Assembly (NCBI GenBank): GCA_025450175.1
Contig: JANWHY010000011.1
Coordinates: 1 to 42,951, forward strand
From: Minisyncoccota bacterium
GTDB lineage: Bacteria; Patescibacteriota; Minisyncoccia; Phycocordibacterales; Zambryskibacteraceae
DNA: 42,951 nucleotides
Direction: 5' to 3'
Positions 25,889-35,985 of the stretch are shown here, piece after piece. The notes beneath the pieces were generated by a model that was not told the DNA's origin, made no database searches, and was given only the letters and a program-made list of their open reading frames with translations. Each line of letters opens with the position of its first letter. Positions within the stretch are counted from its first letter, which is position 1. The position numbers were made by a program, and so were the translations under genes.

Positions 25889-26602
25889 GTGAGAAAGGTA
25901 GCAATATTTGATATCGACGGAACCATCTTCCGCTCTAGCTTACTTATAGAGTTGGTAAATATTCTGATCGATCGGAAGATTTTCCCAGACAACGCTCGAC
26001 TCGAGTATGGCCGAGAGCATCTTGCCTGGCTAGACAGGAAGGGCTCTTACCACGACTACATCATGGCCGTGGTAAATGTATTTGAGAAATATATTAAGGG
26101 CGTACGCAAAGCTGAGTTAGAGAGTGCTGCCGCACTCATCGTCACCCACCAAGAGAACAGAGTCTACCGCTATACTCGAGATCTCACTCATAAGTTAAAG
26201 AACGATGGTTACTATCTCCTAGCCATCTCCCACTCCCCCAAGCTCGTGGTAGATGGATTCGCCGAGTCTCTACTCTTCGACAAAGTGTATGGGCTTAAGT
26301 ATGAGATTGATGAGAGAAGTATCTTCACCGGAGTCATCTTGGACAAAGAGCTTATCTTCCACAAAGCCAACATTCTGGAACGCGCCGTAACCAAAGAACA
26401 TCTAACTCTAGAAAATTCGGTAGGAGTGGGCGATACTGAGAGCGACATCTCCTTCTTATCCATGGTCGCTAACCCAATCGCCTTTAACCCCAATAATTTA
26501 CTCTACACTCACGCGAAGAGTAAAGGTTGGAAGGTGGTCGTCGAACGCAAAGATGTCATCTACCAACCCGCCCGACCAGACGGTCGTTCGGGCGGGCTCT
26601 AA
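25889..26602 (+). CDS. HAD-IB family hydrolase (phosphoserine-phosphatase-like)
   Basis: FDIDGT, ISHSP, K, GDTESD, NPN motifs. The C-terminus carries PARPDGRSGG. Confidence 0.88.
   Translation: MRKVAIFDIDGTIFRSSLLIELVNILIDRKIFPDNARLEYGREHLAWLDRKGSYHDYIMAVVNVFEKYIKGVRKAELESAAALIVTHQENRVYRYTRDLTHKLKNDGYYLLAISHSPKLVVDGFAESLLFDKVYGLKYEIDERSIFTGVILDKELIFHKANILERAVTKEHLTLENSVGVGDTESDISFLSMVANPIAFNPNNLLYTHAKSKGWKVVVERKDVIYQPARPDGRSGGL
26567..26596 (+). repeat. 30-bp palindromic in-frame element, copy 3 (in the HAD gene)
   Basis: CCCGCCCGACCAGACGGTCGTTCGGGCGGG; one synonymous change (CCG to CCA) versus copies 1 and 2. Confidence 0.95.
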
Positions 26603-28125
26603 TTTTCCTTACAGAGATATTGATACTTATCTTCGAAGAGACTGCATCTATTACTTCTGATACTCTTATCGGCGAAGACATCCTTAAGGCGCCAGGTTAA
26701 GAGCTCATAACAAGGCTGTTTCTCTTCTTGGCTCGTTAGGAGCTTACATACTTGGACCGCCTGATCCTCAAGCTTCTCCCCCCAGAAGTCGACTATCACG
26801 TGGACCGCCCCATCGATACATTGCTTGTGAAGTTCTTTGTTTGTTGTCACAGTCGCACACCGAGTCACTATTGTTTGCGGATTCCGGAGAGCATTACCAG
26901 AGATATCCCTACCAAGACTCTTGAAACATACTGGAGTCATGTCTCCCGCTCTTAAACACTCCTTAGCTACCCGCTCATAGTCAAAGTTGAAGATTGTAAG
27001 CATCCAGCTTGTCTGCATCTGATAACAGTCGTAGCGGACTTGGTAATCGTTTTTATCTAACGCATTGCAGGGGAAGTGCGGGTCAGTATGGTTAGCCCAC
27101 TTAGTATCGTGACCAATGATAGCTCCTTGACCTTGGCCTGCCACCACATTTTCCATAAAGACTCCTCCGTAACACGAACTTATAGAGAAGCTGTCCCCTA
27201 ATAATTTACAATCTTCTAGCGACTGAGGTAGGTCATAATCCTCGTAAGCCATGAGTCCGTGCCCCACTCCATGCAAACATTCGAAGTGGCCAAAAGAAGT
27301 TGGGAAGATGCTACAAACATCTTTGATATTTTGAGTGAGATTGTCTAACCCCTTTTCAGCAAGGAAAGTCTCCATAGCCCCATGATAGAAGCCTGAGTGA
27401 CAAGACGAATCACCAAACTGGAAAGCCTCTGAACCATAGAGCTCGTAAGAGACACGACCAAGGTGGTGTGCCTGAGTATGACAGTCAACGCTCGAACCAC
27501 CTCCAGTATCACTAAGAAGTTCGATCATCATATCCTTAGGACTAAAGAGCTTAAGCCAATATCTTAGAGCTGTATCATCTCTACCCACCTCCTTCATATC
27601 GAGAGCCTTGAGTTTAGCTTCAGCCCGCTTCGACAGAAGTTTGAAATAAACTTTAGTAACAGCAAGCTCTCCCCAATTTATAAATCGCTCGAAGAAGCTC
27701 TCTTTCACTTCAGTCTCTGCCGCCTCAGATTCTAGAGATGTGCCTGTGACGACAATAGTGCCCTTCAAGTTTGGGAAGAGATGGTCATGATACTTCCAGC
27801 TACCAGCTTGAGTGAATACAAATGAATATTCTTCTCCTGTACCAATACCTCTACAAGCATCGAAAATATTTTCCTCTTTTTCTGTACCACACTTGTCGAT
27901 ATTGGAGCCTGGATATAGGGTGTGTGTGGGATGAATGTTGGAGGCTGGCCAATGCTCTTTATCTCCCTTGTTTTCGAATACTACCGTAGTCCCAGCCTCA
28001 ATAGTGATATTGGTCGGCTCATAATGATCGTCATACATATGGATAGTCACCGCGTCAGGAACCTCATGAGCAAGTAGTGTCATGGGCACTAATAAATAAG
28101 CGATGAGTAAGAGTGCGTACTTCAT
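26599..28125 (-). CDS. Exported protein with a cupredoxin-like N-domain and a Cys/His-rich helical repeat C-domain
   Basis: Signal peptide MKYALL; YEP..ITI.AGTTV.F.N, HWPASNIHPTH, GSWKYHDHL; then CHTQAHHLG, CHSGFYHG, CLHGVGHG, CYGGVFME. ATGA overlap with ddl. Confidence 0.75.
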   Translation of the reverse strand: MKYALLLIAYLLVPMTLLAHEVPDAVTIHMYDDHYEPTNITIEAGTTVVFENKGDKEHWPASNIHPTHTLYPGSNIDKCGTEKEENIFDACRGIGTGEEYSFVFTQAGSWKYHDHLFPNLKGTIVVTGTSLESEAAETEVKESFFERFINWGELAVTKVYFKLLSKRAEAKLKALDMKEVGRDDTALRYWLKLFSPKDMMIELLSDTGGGSSVDCHTQAHHLGRVSYELYGSEAFQFGDSSCHSGFYHGAMETFLAEKGLDNLTQNIKDVCSIFPTSFGHFECLHGVGHGLMAYEDYDLPQSLEDCKLLGDSFSISSCYGGVFMENVVAGQGQGAIIGHDTKWANHTDPHFPCNALDKNDYQVRYDCYQMQTSWMLTIFNFDYERVAKECLRAGDMTPVCFKSLGRDISGNALRNPQTIVTRCATVTTNKELHKQCIDGAVHVIVDFWGEKLEDQAVQVCKLLTSQEEKQPCYELLTWRLKDVFADKSIRSNRCSLFEDKYQYLCKEN

Positions 28126-29105
28126 AATGCAAGACTTAATATGTGGTGGACGAAACTCTGTGGCGACCACCCTACAGAACCAATCGCCTTAGGCATGAGA
28201 GACTCTGTAGTGAATCCTGGTAGCGAATTTGTTTCTAATATATATATCTTCCCCTTGGGCGTGATGATAAAGTCAGAGCGCGAGTAGTGTCTCAAACCTA
28301 GGGTTGAGTGAGCCTGGATAGCGAGGTCCTCAAGAGCCTCTCTTTCCGTAGAGGAAAAGTTGCCTGGAGATATCTCCTCAACTTCTCCAGAATATTTATC
28401 AGTGTAGTTGAAGAATTGAGCATTTTTTGGCCTTCTTATCTCTATGGGGAGAAGAGCGTAATGACGCTTGCCCCGGAAGTCATCTACCACTCCACAAGTA
28501 GCTTCCTTACCTCTTATCAACTCTTCTACTAAAACTTTCTTAGAATGTCTGAGGGCCTCCGCCACACCCTCTCTAAGTTCTTGGTAGCTTGATGCCACCT
28601 TCATGCCAATAGAGGAACCACTAGAAGCTGGCTTAATAATCACCGGATGCAGGTAGTTCTTGAAGATAAAGAGTAGGTGGTCATCAGTGTAAGAATGAGC
28701 TCTCAGGAGTTCGTGACGAGGGGTAAGAAGGGAGTGACGCTTATAATGTTCTTTTGTAAGATGCTTATCCATAGAAAGAGCGGCCGCCATAGAAGTAGGG
28801 CCAGTGAAGGGTATCTGCATCCTCTCTAAAAGCCTTTGGACCTGGCCATCTTCTCCGTAACTCCCATGGAGAGCATTCCAAACCACATCGGTATGACGGA
28901 GAGCTTGGTGAGGCTCTTCCACTAAGCCCGAGCGGTGCCACTCCCCACTCTTAGAGATAAAGATATCTAGAGGATCATAGAGCTCGGGTCTCTCTCTAAT
29001 GATAGATAATACGTGCTGACCCGTCTTCATCGAGACATCGTACTCACTCGAAGGCCCGCCACGTATAACTGCCACTCTGATCTTGGATGGCTCGAGTATA
29101 GACAT
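28122..29105 (-). CDS. ddl: D-alanine--D-alanine ligase
   Basis: GGPSSEYDVS, ALHGSYGEDG, MDK, IKPASSGSSIG, FNYTDKY, LETNSLPGFT. Start set at the ATG at 29105. Confidence 0.93.
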   Translation of the reverse strand: MSILEPSKIRVAVIRGGPSSEYDVSMKTGQHVLSIIRERPELYDPLDIFISKSGEWHRSGLVEEPHQALRHTDVVWNALHGSYGEDGQVQRLLERMQIPFTGPTSMAAALSMDKHLTKEHYKRHSLLTPRHELLRAHSYTDDHLLFIFKNYLHPVIIKPASSGSSIGMKVASSYQELREGVAEALRHSKKVLVEELIRGKEATCGVVDDFRGKRHYALLPIEIRRPKNAQFFNYTDKYSGEVEEISPGNFSSTEREALEDLAIQAHSTLGLRHYSRSDFIITPKGKIYILETNSLPGFTTESLMPKAIGSVGWSPQSFVHHILSLAL

Positions 29106-29112
29106 GCCTGAA

Positions 29113-30294
29113 TTATAACCTAAAACCTTTTGAACGTAATTTGCGATGGTACCCGATGGCAAATCTATGAGCCTCAGAATTCGCGATGAGTACTGACTTC
29201 TCTAAACTCTTATCTTCTAGACCTAGGATCTCCCGAGCCTTGTGCTTGTCATTCTTCACCACCGAAACCACTTGTACAAACTCGAGTCCCGCTTCCTTAA
29301 CAACCTTAGTTGCGACGTTGATCTGACCTTTACCACCATCCACTACGATTAAATTTGGGAAACGCCACTCAGAGTGACCAAGCCGACGAGACAGAACTTC
29401 TTTTAGATTCTTGGTGTCATTGTTCTTATCTAGTTTAATTTTGAACTTGCGATACTGACTCTTATTCACTTCCCCATCTTCCACCACTGTCATTACGCCC
29501 ACAACATTGGTCCCAGAAATATGGGCGATATCATAAGCCTCTATGCGAAATGAGCCGGAAAAAGTTTCAGCGAGATCGGCTTTTATCATTGCGATATCTT
29601 GGATATGATCAAGGGCGAAGAGTTTCCTCTTCAACATTTGGGCTTCTTCGAACTTTTGCGCCTTAGCAAGAGCCTTCATCTCCTTCTCTAGAGTCTTTAT
29701 AAGATCGGTCTTTTTCGCTTCGAAAAAGAGTTTTATATATCTAATGCTTTTCCTATAATCTCTTTTAGAAATAGAGCCCGCGCAAGGGCCAGGGCAGAGT
29801 CCAATCTGGGCGTTGAAACAAGGTTTACCCTTCGAAGTGATCTTACACTTCTCATCCCGATAAGGGAAAATTTTACGAATAATCTTTAAACCCTCTTTCA
29901 ATTCGGCACTATGGGGAAAGGGTCCATAAGTGCCAGACCCGCGAGTGATCAGGACCTTGGGGAAATCCTCTTTCGTTACAGTAACGAAGTTATAACTCTT
30001 ATCATCCTTCTCGCGCGCATTATATATAGGTTGATGCGACTTAATCTGGTTAGCTTCAAGTATCAGAGCCTCGAGTACCGAATCTGTTTGGACGAAGTCT
30101 ATCCTATCTGCCTCCTCAAGCATCTTCACAATCCGTGGACCCCGAGAGAGAAAAATATCTTTCACAAAGTAACTTTTCACTCTGTCTACAAGTGAGGTAG
30201 CTTTCCCCACGTACAAGATCTCCCCTCCCTTTCGGAAGAAGTACACCCCCGGCATATCTGGGAGATTGAATTGTGCTAAATCCTGTAACTTCAT
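29113..30294 (-). CDS. uvrC: Excinuclease ABC subunit C, short form lacking the C-terminal HhH domain
   Basis: PGVYFF...YVGKATSL..RVKSYF (GIY-YIG), UVR helix, RIEAYDIAH, VVDGGKGQ, EAHRFAI. Confidence 0.88.
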   Translation of the reverse strand: MKLQDLAQFNLPDMPGVYFFRKGGEILYVGKATSLVDRVKSYFVKDIFLSRGPRIVKMLEEADRIDFVQTDSVLEALILEANQIKSHQPIYNAREKDDKSYNFVTVTKEDFPKVLITRGSGTYGPFPHSAELKEGLKIIRKIFPYRDEKCKITSKGKPCFNAQIGLCPGPCAGSISKRDYRKSIRYIKLFFEAKKTDLIKTLEKEMKALAKAQKFEEAQMLKRKLFALDHIQDIAMIKADLAETFSGSFRIEAYDIAHISGTNVVGVMTVVEDGEVNKSQYRKFKIKLDKNNDTKNLKEVLSRRLGHSEWRFPNLIVVDGGKGQINVATKVVKEAGLEFVQVVSVVKNDKHKAREILGLEDKSLEKSVLIANSEAHRFAIGYHRKLRSKGFRL

Positions 30295-30296
30295 AA

Positions 30297-32834
30297 CTAT
30301 TTCTTCCTTAGAACTTTTCTTAGATACTTACCCGTATGCGTATCCGTATTGGCCACCTCCTCGGGAGTGCCCTTGGCCACAAGAGATCCGCCCTTGTCCC
30401 CCGCTTCTGGACCAATGTCGAGGACGTAGTCAGCACTTTTTACAAAATCGAGATTGTGCTCAATGACCAGTACGGTATTGCCCTTATCTACTAAGCGCTC
30501 GAGAATCTCTATCAACTTTTTCACATCGGCATAATGCAGACCGATAGTAGGCTCATCCAAGATATAAATCGTCTTATCGACGTGGGGACGATATAGTTCA
30601 GAAGCAATCTTCACCCGCTGAGCCTCTCCACCAGAAAGAGTGGTGGCAGATTGCCCCAGAGCAAGATAACCTAACCCTACATCGTTTAGAGTTTTGATAC
30701 GGTCAGAAATGGCCGGAATATCTTCGAAGAAGGTCATTGCCTCTTCTACTGTCATCTCCAAGACATCATAGATAGACTTATGTTTGTACTTCACCTCAAG
30801 AGTCTCCTTCATAAAGCGCTTACCACGACAGACATCACAGGGCACATAGACAGTAGGTAGGAAGTGCATCTCCACCTCGATCATGCCATTACCCTGGCAC
30901 GTCTCACAACGCCCACCCCGTACGTTGAAGGAGAATCTATTGGGCTTCCAACCTCGCGCTCTCGCCTCCGCCGTCTCAGCGAAAAGCTCGCGAATGAAAG
31001 TGAAGGCTCCTGTATAAGTAGCGGGGTTAGAGCGCGGCGTACGACCGATTGGTGACTGATCAATAAGGATCGCCCGACCCAAATATTCTGATCCTGAAAA
31101 AGATTGGCAGTTGAAGGTCCCTGCCCGGCGATAGCGCCTATCAAGTCTCGTCTGTAAGTTCTTGTGTAAAATCTCGTAAACGAAGGAGGACTTGCCAGAA
31201 CCCGAGACTCCGGTGACCGCGATCAGGCGACTAAGGGGAATGTCGACATTAAGATTTTTTATATTGAAGATATTTCCACCGCGAATCTTGATCTCTCCCC
31301 TCTCTTTAGTGCGACGCTCCGCCGGCACCTCAACTCTCTCCTCGCCACGTAGGTATGCAAGAGTCAGAGACTTACTCTCATTCTTCTTGGCCAAGAGAAG
31401 CGGCTCGAGATAATCTGCCACCACCACCTTACCTCCGTGAGTACCGGCACCAGGTCCAATGTCGACCAGGTAGTCAGCGGCAAAGATTGTTTCCTCATCA
31501 TGCTCAACCACGATGATAGTGTTTCCGAGATCCCTGAGATTTATAAGTGTCTTGATCAGGCGATCGTTGTCTCTAGAGTGTAAGCCAATGGTCGGCTCAT
31601 CGAGTACATAGAGCGCCCCCACTAAACCAGAACCCAGCTGACTTGCTAGGCGGATACGCTGAGACTCTCCACCCGAGAGAGTGTGGGCCTTACGGTTGAG
31701 AGCCAAGTACTCAATCCCAACATTGAGCATGAAGGAAAGTCGCGCCTCGATCTCCTTGGTCACCACTTTAGAAATACTCTTCTCTCTTATGGTGAGCTTA
31801 AGCTTACGGAAAAACTCGTCCGTCTCACCAATAGAAAGTCTGGTCAAGTCGACTATGTTTTTACCACCAATCGTCACATGGAGAGCCTCTTCGCGCAGTC
31901 GTGCCCCATGACACTTATCACACGGCTCAGAACCGAAGAGGTGCTTAGTACCCAAACCATTACACAGAGGGCATGCTCCATATGGGGAGTTGAAGGAGAA
32001 GAGCCGTGGCTCAATCTCGGGGAAGGAGAAACCATCTTTAGGACAAGACCACTTAGCGCTCATAAGATGCTCTTCACCTACTTGCGCAGGCAGGTCGGCA
32101 ATTTTTAAGAGTAGGAGTCCGTCAGACTCGTTGAGAGCACGCTCTATAGACTCGCTCAGTCGCTCCTCACCACTCGCCTCATCTAAGTTGATAGCATCTA
32201 CCAGCACAGCGATCTCGTGCTTCTTAGTCTTTGTAAGTGCTATGCGTTCCCGGAGAGAATACTTCTTACCGTCGACTGCTACAGTAGTAAAGCCCTTACC
32301 CAAGAGATCATACAGAAGTTGGTAATACTCCCCCTTCCTACCTCTCACTACCGGAGACCAGATCTCTATCTCTCTTTTGCCCTTTACTGCCTTCTCCAGG
32401 ATAAAGTTCTTGATCTCTTCGTTGGAGAGCTTCTTGATCTCTGTGCCACAGATAAGACAGTGCGGCCTGCCAATGCGCGCGTACAAAATGCGGAGATAGT
32501 CATAGATCTCAGTAATAGTGGCCACGGTCGAGCGAGGGTTATTGGAGCGTGACTTCTGATCGATAGAGATAGCTGGGGAGAGGCCGGTAATCTCATCGAC
32601 ATCGGGCTTCTGCATTTGGCGCAAGAATTGGCGAGCATAAGAAGAGAGAGACTCTACATAGCGCCTCTGCCCCTCAGCAAAGATAGTATCAAAAGCCAAT
32701 GAAGACTTGCCCGAGCCAGAAAGCCCAGTGAAGACAATCATCTTGTCGCGCGGCATCTTGACGCTCACGTTTTTCAAGTTGTGAGTACGCGCGCCACGCA
32801 CTTCTATATAAGACTCATTCTGATCCTTTTTCAT
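30297..32834 (-). CDS. uvrA: Excinuclease ABC subunit A (insertion domain absent)
   Basis: [45 protein letters not shown], zinc fingers. Confidence 0.97.
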   Translation of the reverse strand: MKKDQNESYIEVRGARTHNLKNVSVKMPRDKMIVFTGLSGSGKSSLAFDTIFAEGQRRYVESLSSYARQFLRQMQKPDVDEITGLSPAISIDQKSRSNNPRSTVATITEIYDYLRILYARIGRPHCLICGTEIKKLSNEEIKNFILEKAVKGKREIEIWSPVVRGRKGEYYQLLYDLLGKGFTTVAVDGKKYSLRERIALTKTKKHEIAVLVDAINLDEASGEERLSESIERALNESDGLLLLKIADLPAQVGEEHLMSAKWSCPKDGFSFPEIEPRLFSFNSPYGACPLCNGLGTKHLFGSEPCDKCHGARLREEALHVTIGGKNIVDLTRLSIGETDEFFRKLKLTIREKSISKVVTKEIEARLSFMLNVGIEYLALNRKAHTLSGGESQRIRLASQLGSGLVGALYVLDEPTIGLHSRDNDRLIKTLINLRDLGNTIIVVEHDEETIFAADYLVDIGPGAGTHGGKVVVADYLEPLLLAKKNESKSLTLAYLRGEERVEVPAERRTKERGEIKIRGGNIFNIKNLNVDIPLSRLIAVTGVSGSGKSSFVYEILHKNLQTRLDRRYRRAGTFNCQSFSGSEYLGRAILIDQSPIGRTPRSNPATYTGAFTFIRELFAETAEARARGWKPNRFSFNVRGGRCETCQGNGMIEVEMHFLPTVYVPCDVCRGKRFMKETLEVKYKHKSIYDVLEMTVEEAMTFFEDIPAISDRIKTLNDVGLGYLALGQSATTLSGGEAQRVKIASELYRPHVDKTIYILDEPTIGLHYADVKKLIEILERLVDKGNTVLVIEHNLDFVKSADYVLDIGPEAGDKGGSLVAKGTPEEVANTDTHTGKYLRKVLRKK

Positions 32835-32901
32835 AAATAGATATCGAAAGTCACCCGGGGTTCATCCCTAGGGGCGAGGTGCAATCATATCACAAAGGTG
32901 A

Positions 32902-33705
32902 TTACTTACGCGATTCTAAGATATCAGCGATCTGGTCGATGATCTCGTCGAGATTTGAGGCCGCCTTTATAAGGAAGCGTTCTGCTCCTAAAGCCTTACC
33001 CTTCTCAATATCATTCTCTTGGCTAAGATTAGAAAGAAGTACTACTGGGATGTTCTTTACCTTCTCATTAGACTTCAACTTCTCCAGAACTTCAAAACCA
33101 TTCATCCCTGGCAATAAGATATCGAGCATTATGATATCTGGCTTCTCTTGCTCTACCACCGAGAGCGCCTCTTCTCCGTTAGTATTGTGGATCAAGGTAC
33201 ACTTCTCGGTGGCAAGTTTCCTCGCAACTATCTCACTCAAGAAGTTGTCATCTTCCACCCACATAATCTTCTTGCCGGCCACTCGATCTGAGGTCGCTTT
33301 TTTATCTCCACCAATACTACTCAGGTTACCACCCTCCTTCTCAAGAAATGCTCGCACCTTCACCATCACTTCTTCGGGATCAAACTGAGCTTTTATAAAA
33401 TAGTCCTTAACTCCAAGCTCTAGAGCTCTATTGATCTCTACAGGCTGGCCAGAGTTGGAGATGATAATTACCGGAATTTTTTCTATATCGGGATCCTTAT
33501 GCTTAGCCTCTAAGATTTCATAACCATTCATAGTGGGAAGAATGATGTCTAGAAGGATGAGATCTGGCTTAAGCTCCTTCATCTTCTGGAGACCTTCGGC
33601 CCCATCCCGAGAGAGGATGGCTTCGAACCCATCCTTCTTAAACTTCTCTGTCAGAACATCCCCGAGGAAAACATCGTCCTCTACGATCAAAATCTTTTTT
33701 GCCAT
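32902..33705 (-). CDS. Response regulator with two tandem receiver domains and no output domain
   Basis: Two copies of VEDD...D(L/I)I(L/M)LDI.LP.MNG...SN...IK. Confidence 0.9.
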   Translation of the reverse strand: MAKKILIVEDDVFLGDVLTEKFKKDGFEAILSRDGAEGLQKMKELKPDLILLDIILPTMNGYEILEAKHKDPDIEKIPVIIISNSGQPVEINRALELGVKDYFIKAQFDPEEVMVKVRAFLEKEGGNLSSIGGDKKATSDRVAGKKIMWVEDDNFLSEIVARKLATEKCTLIHNTNGEEALSVVEQEKPDIIMLDILLPGMNGFEVLEKLKSNEKVKNIPVVLLSNLSQENDIEKGKALGAERFLIKAASNLDEIIDQIADILESRK

Positions 33706-33723
33706 GGTAATTACTATAACACG

Positions 33724-34746
33724 TTATTTTACAGCGGGGATGCTGAAGCTGAAGGTCGAACCCTCTCCCACCTTAGACTCAAACCAGATCTTACCCCCAT
33801 GCTTTTCTACAATACCCTTGGTAATAAAGAGTCCTAAGCCCGAACCACCCGTCTCGACCTTAATAGCATTGCGTGCTCTAAAGAGACGGGTGAAGATCCT
33901 GTCCTGCTCCTCTTGGGGAATACCAATACCTGTATCTCGCACCCAGACTTCCACAAAGCTCTCTATATGCTTAAAGCCAATAGTAAGCGCCCCTCCCTCA
34001 GGGGTGTACTTAACTGAGTTCTCCAATAAGTTTTGTAGAGCGGCTCGCATCTTCTCGGTATCGATAAGGACGTGAGGAATATCATCGGTCCGATTTTCAA
34101 AAGTAAGCTTCAACTTCTTCTTACTTATCATCGGAGTCATCTCGAAGAGGATATTGTCGATAAGGTTGAAGATAGATGTAGGCACCATAGAGTACTTGAG
34201 TTTGCCAGACTCAACACGATCGGCACTAAGCATGTCATTGATCAGCACGATCAGGCGCTCATTACTCTCGTAACACTTCATGAGAAAAGACCTTTGCTCT
34301 GTAGTGAGACTTCCCAAGGTATCTTCTAGGATCATATTGAGTGTCCACTTGATGCTAGAGAGTGGGGTGCGAAGTTGGTGGGCGACAATGGAGATGAAGT
34401 TCGACTTAGCCTCATCCAGCTCGCGCAACTTGTCGTTGGCACGGTTGAGATCAAGATCGCGACGAATTAGCATTTTCGAAGCTTGAATACTATCTTCGCT
34501 AGCCTTACTTAACGCCTCCATCTGAGTCCGGAGATCTCCAATATAAGGAGAGATAGCTATCTTATATATGGTAAGCAGGAGAAGAACTAATCCAACAAAA
34601 AGGATTACTTGATCCCGTTCGCGAAGATGGTGAAGAATCGCAATAGTAAGGAAGATAATGATCACCATCAGCAATACAAACCCAATGCGTAACCTCTGTG
34701 TAAGAGATAGGAAGTATCTGGTTTGACTATTGGAGCCAGGAGGCAT
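33724..34746 (-). CDS. Sensor histidine kinase (2 TM, HisKA, HATPase)
   Basis: AHQLRTPL, NLLENSVKY, DTGIGI, GSGLGL. Confidence 0.93.
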   Translation of the reverse strand: MPPGSNSQTRYFLSLTQRLRIGFVLLMVIIIFLTIAILHHLRERDQVILFVGLVLLLLTIYKIAISPYIGDLRTQMEALSKASEDSIQASKMLIRRDLDLNRANDKLRELDEAKSNFISIVAHQLRTPLSSIKWTLNMILEDTLGSLTTEQRSFLMKCYESNERLIVLINDMLSADRVESGKLKYSMVPTSIFNLIDNILFEMTPMISKKKLKLTFENRTDDIPHVLIDTEKMRAALQNLLENSVKYTPEGGALTIGFKHIESFVEVWVRDTGIGIPQEEQDRIFTRLFRARNAIKVETGGSGLGLFITKGIVEKHGGKIWFESKVGEGSTFSFSIPAVK

Positions 34747-34750
34747 GAAG

Positions 34751-35947
34751 TTATTCTCCTAGGACACAGATAACGACCGTTTCGTTATGGAAGGCAGGAT
34801 TGCACTTCTCGATATTTCTTACTTCTCCACCGAGTGGAGCTTGCTCTCCATAAGTGTAGAAGCCGATGAGAGGAGTGGTCTTACCTACTGCTTCTTGGAT
34901 AGCATCAATTTCATCTCCAGAGCGCTCACCGAAGAGCTTGTTCCTCGCAATACAGTTGAAGATGATCACTGCCTTAGGAGCACTGCCATCTAGCTGGTCT
35001 ATAGCCTTCTCAGCCGCGAGCTTAGCAACCTTGACCGCCTCTTCACGAGAGCCAATCATTAGTCTGATCTCTGAGCCTTCGGGAATCTCGGCGGCACAAG
35101 TGATAGAACCATTCTTATCTACCGTAATAGGATCACGAATCAACATCTCATCGCTCCCTGCGACTGTCATACCCAAGGGGTAAGTGATAGCGAGTTTGGC
35201 CAGAGTTTCTTTCTGGAGTTTCTCGGCCTCTTCGGCTCCGAAGTAATCTTTGTAAATATTAATAGCAGGAGCGCCATTGAGCTCATGGAGTACAGCACCC
35301 GTAGAGCGAGTGACCTTCATAGGAGAGCCGACGGGGATCCAGCCATGCTTGACCCCGATACCCATTTTGAAGTTACCTACTAAGCCTAAGCCCACCACAG
35401 ATCCTGAGTATACTTTGTCATTGAGATACTGGAAGGTTTTCTCGAACTTGAAGTCATCCCCAGAAGCCCCACCCACTACTGGGAAGTGCTCTCCTAGAGC
35501 ATCGAGCACTCCACGCACAGTGTCAGCACCATTACCAGCCAGCACATCCGGGATCATCATAAAGGCCTTAAGATCTGTCCCTGCAAGCTTCTTCACCTCT
35601 TCCCCCACCCTCTTACCTGCATCACGAGGCCCATTGGCAATACCCTCTCCTACTGCGGCATAGAACTTCACATCCGGTGAAGACATGAGCATAACTGCTA
35701 CAGAATGCTTGATCGAAGGCCCATCGGTAGTAATCTCTCCAGCTGTAGAAGAACCCACGAGTAGAGCATCCTTAGTAATAGAGCGCACACCCATAAGAAG
35801 CTTCTCTTGATCATATGCCGACGAGGCAAAAACGATGGCTAAGTTCGCCTGAAATCCGAGTTTGGTCAGCGCTTCTTGGGCAGCATTGGCTCCCACAGTA
35901 TAGGCATTGTCCCCACTCGATACCCCCACCTCTGCTCTAAGTGACAT
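34751..35947 (-). CDS. FIST-N/FIST-C (NosP-like) signal-sensing protein
   Basis: GSSTAGEI, VGGASGD, HGW.P.G, NCIAR, GFYTYGE. Confidence 0.88.
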   Translation of the reverse strand: MSLRAEVGVSSGDNAYTVGANAAQEALTKLGFQANLAIVFASSAYDQEKLLMGVRSITKDALLVGSSTAGEITTDGPSIKHSVAVMLMSSPDVKFYAAVGEGIANGPRDAGKRVGEEVKKLAGTDLKAFMMIPDVLAGNGADTVRGVLDALGEHFPVVGGASGDDFKFEKTFQYLNDKVYSGSVVGLGLVGNFKMGIGVKHGWIPVGSPMKVTRSTGAVLHELNGAPAINIYKDYFGAEEAEKLQKETLAKLAITYPLGMTVAGSDEMLIRDPITVDKNGSITCAAEIPEGSEIRLMIGSREEAVKVAKLAAEKAIDQLDGSAPKAVIIFNCIARNKLFGERSGDEIDAIQEAVGKTTPLIGFYTYGEQAPLGGEVRNIEKCNPAFHNETVVICVLGE

Positions 35948-35985
35948 GTTTAAATTAATTTACTTGTAAGTAAACTAATTATAGC

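Noticed and set aside
1892-26596. The 30-bp palindromic repeats as a CRISPR array
   Set aside because: Copies are 10-14 kb apart and inside ORFs, with no spacers and no cas genes.
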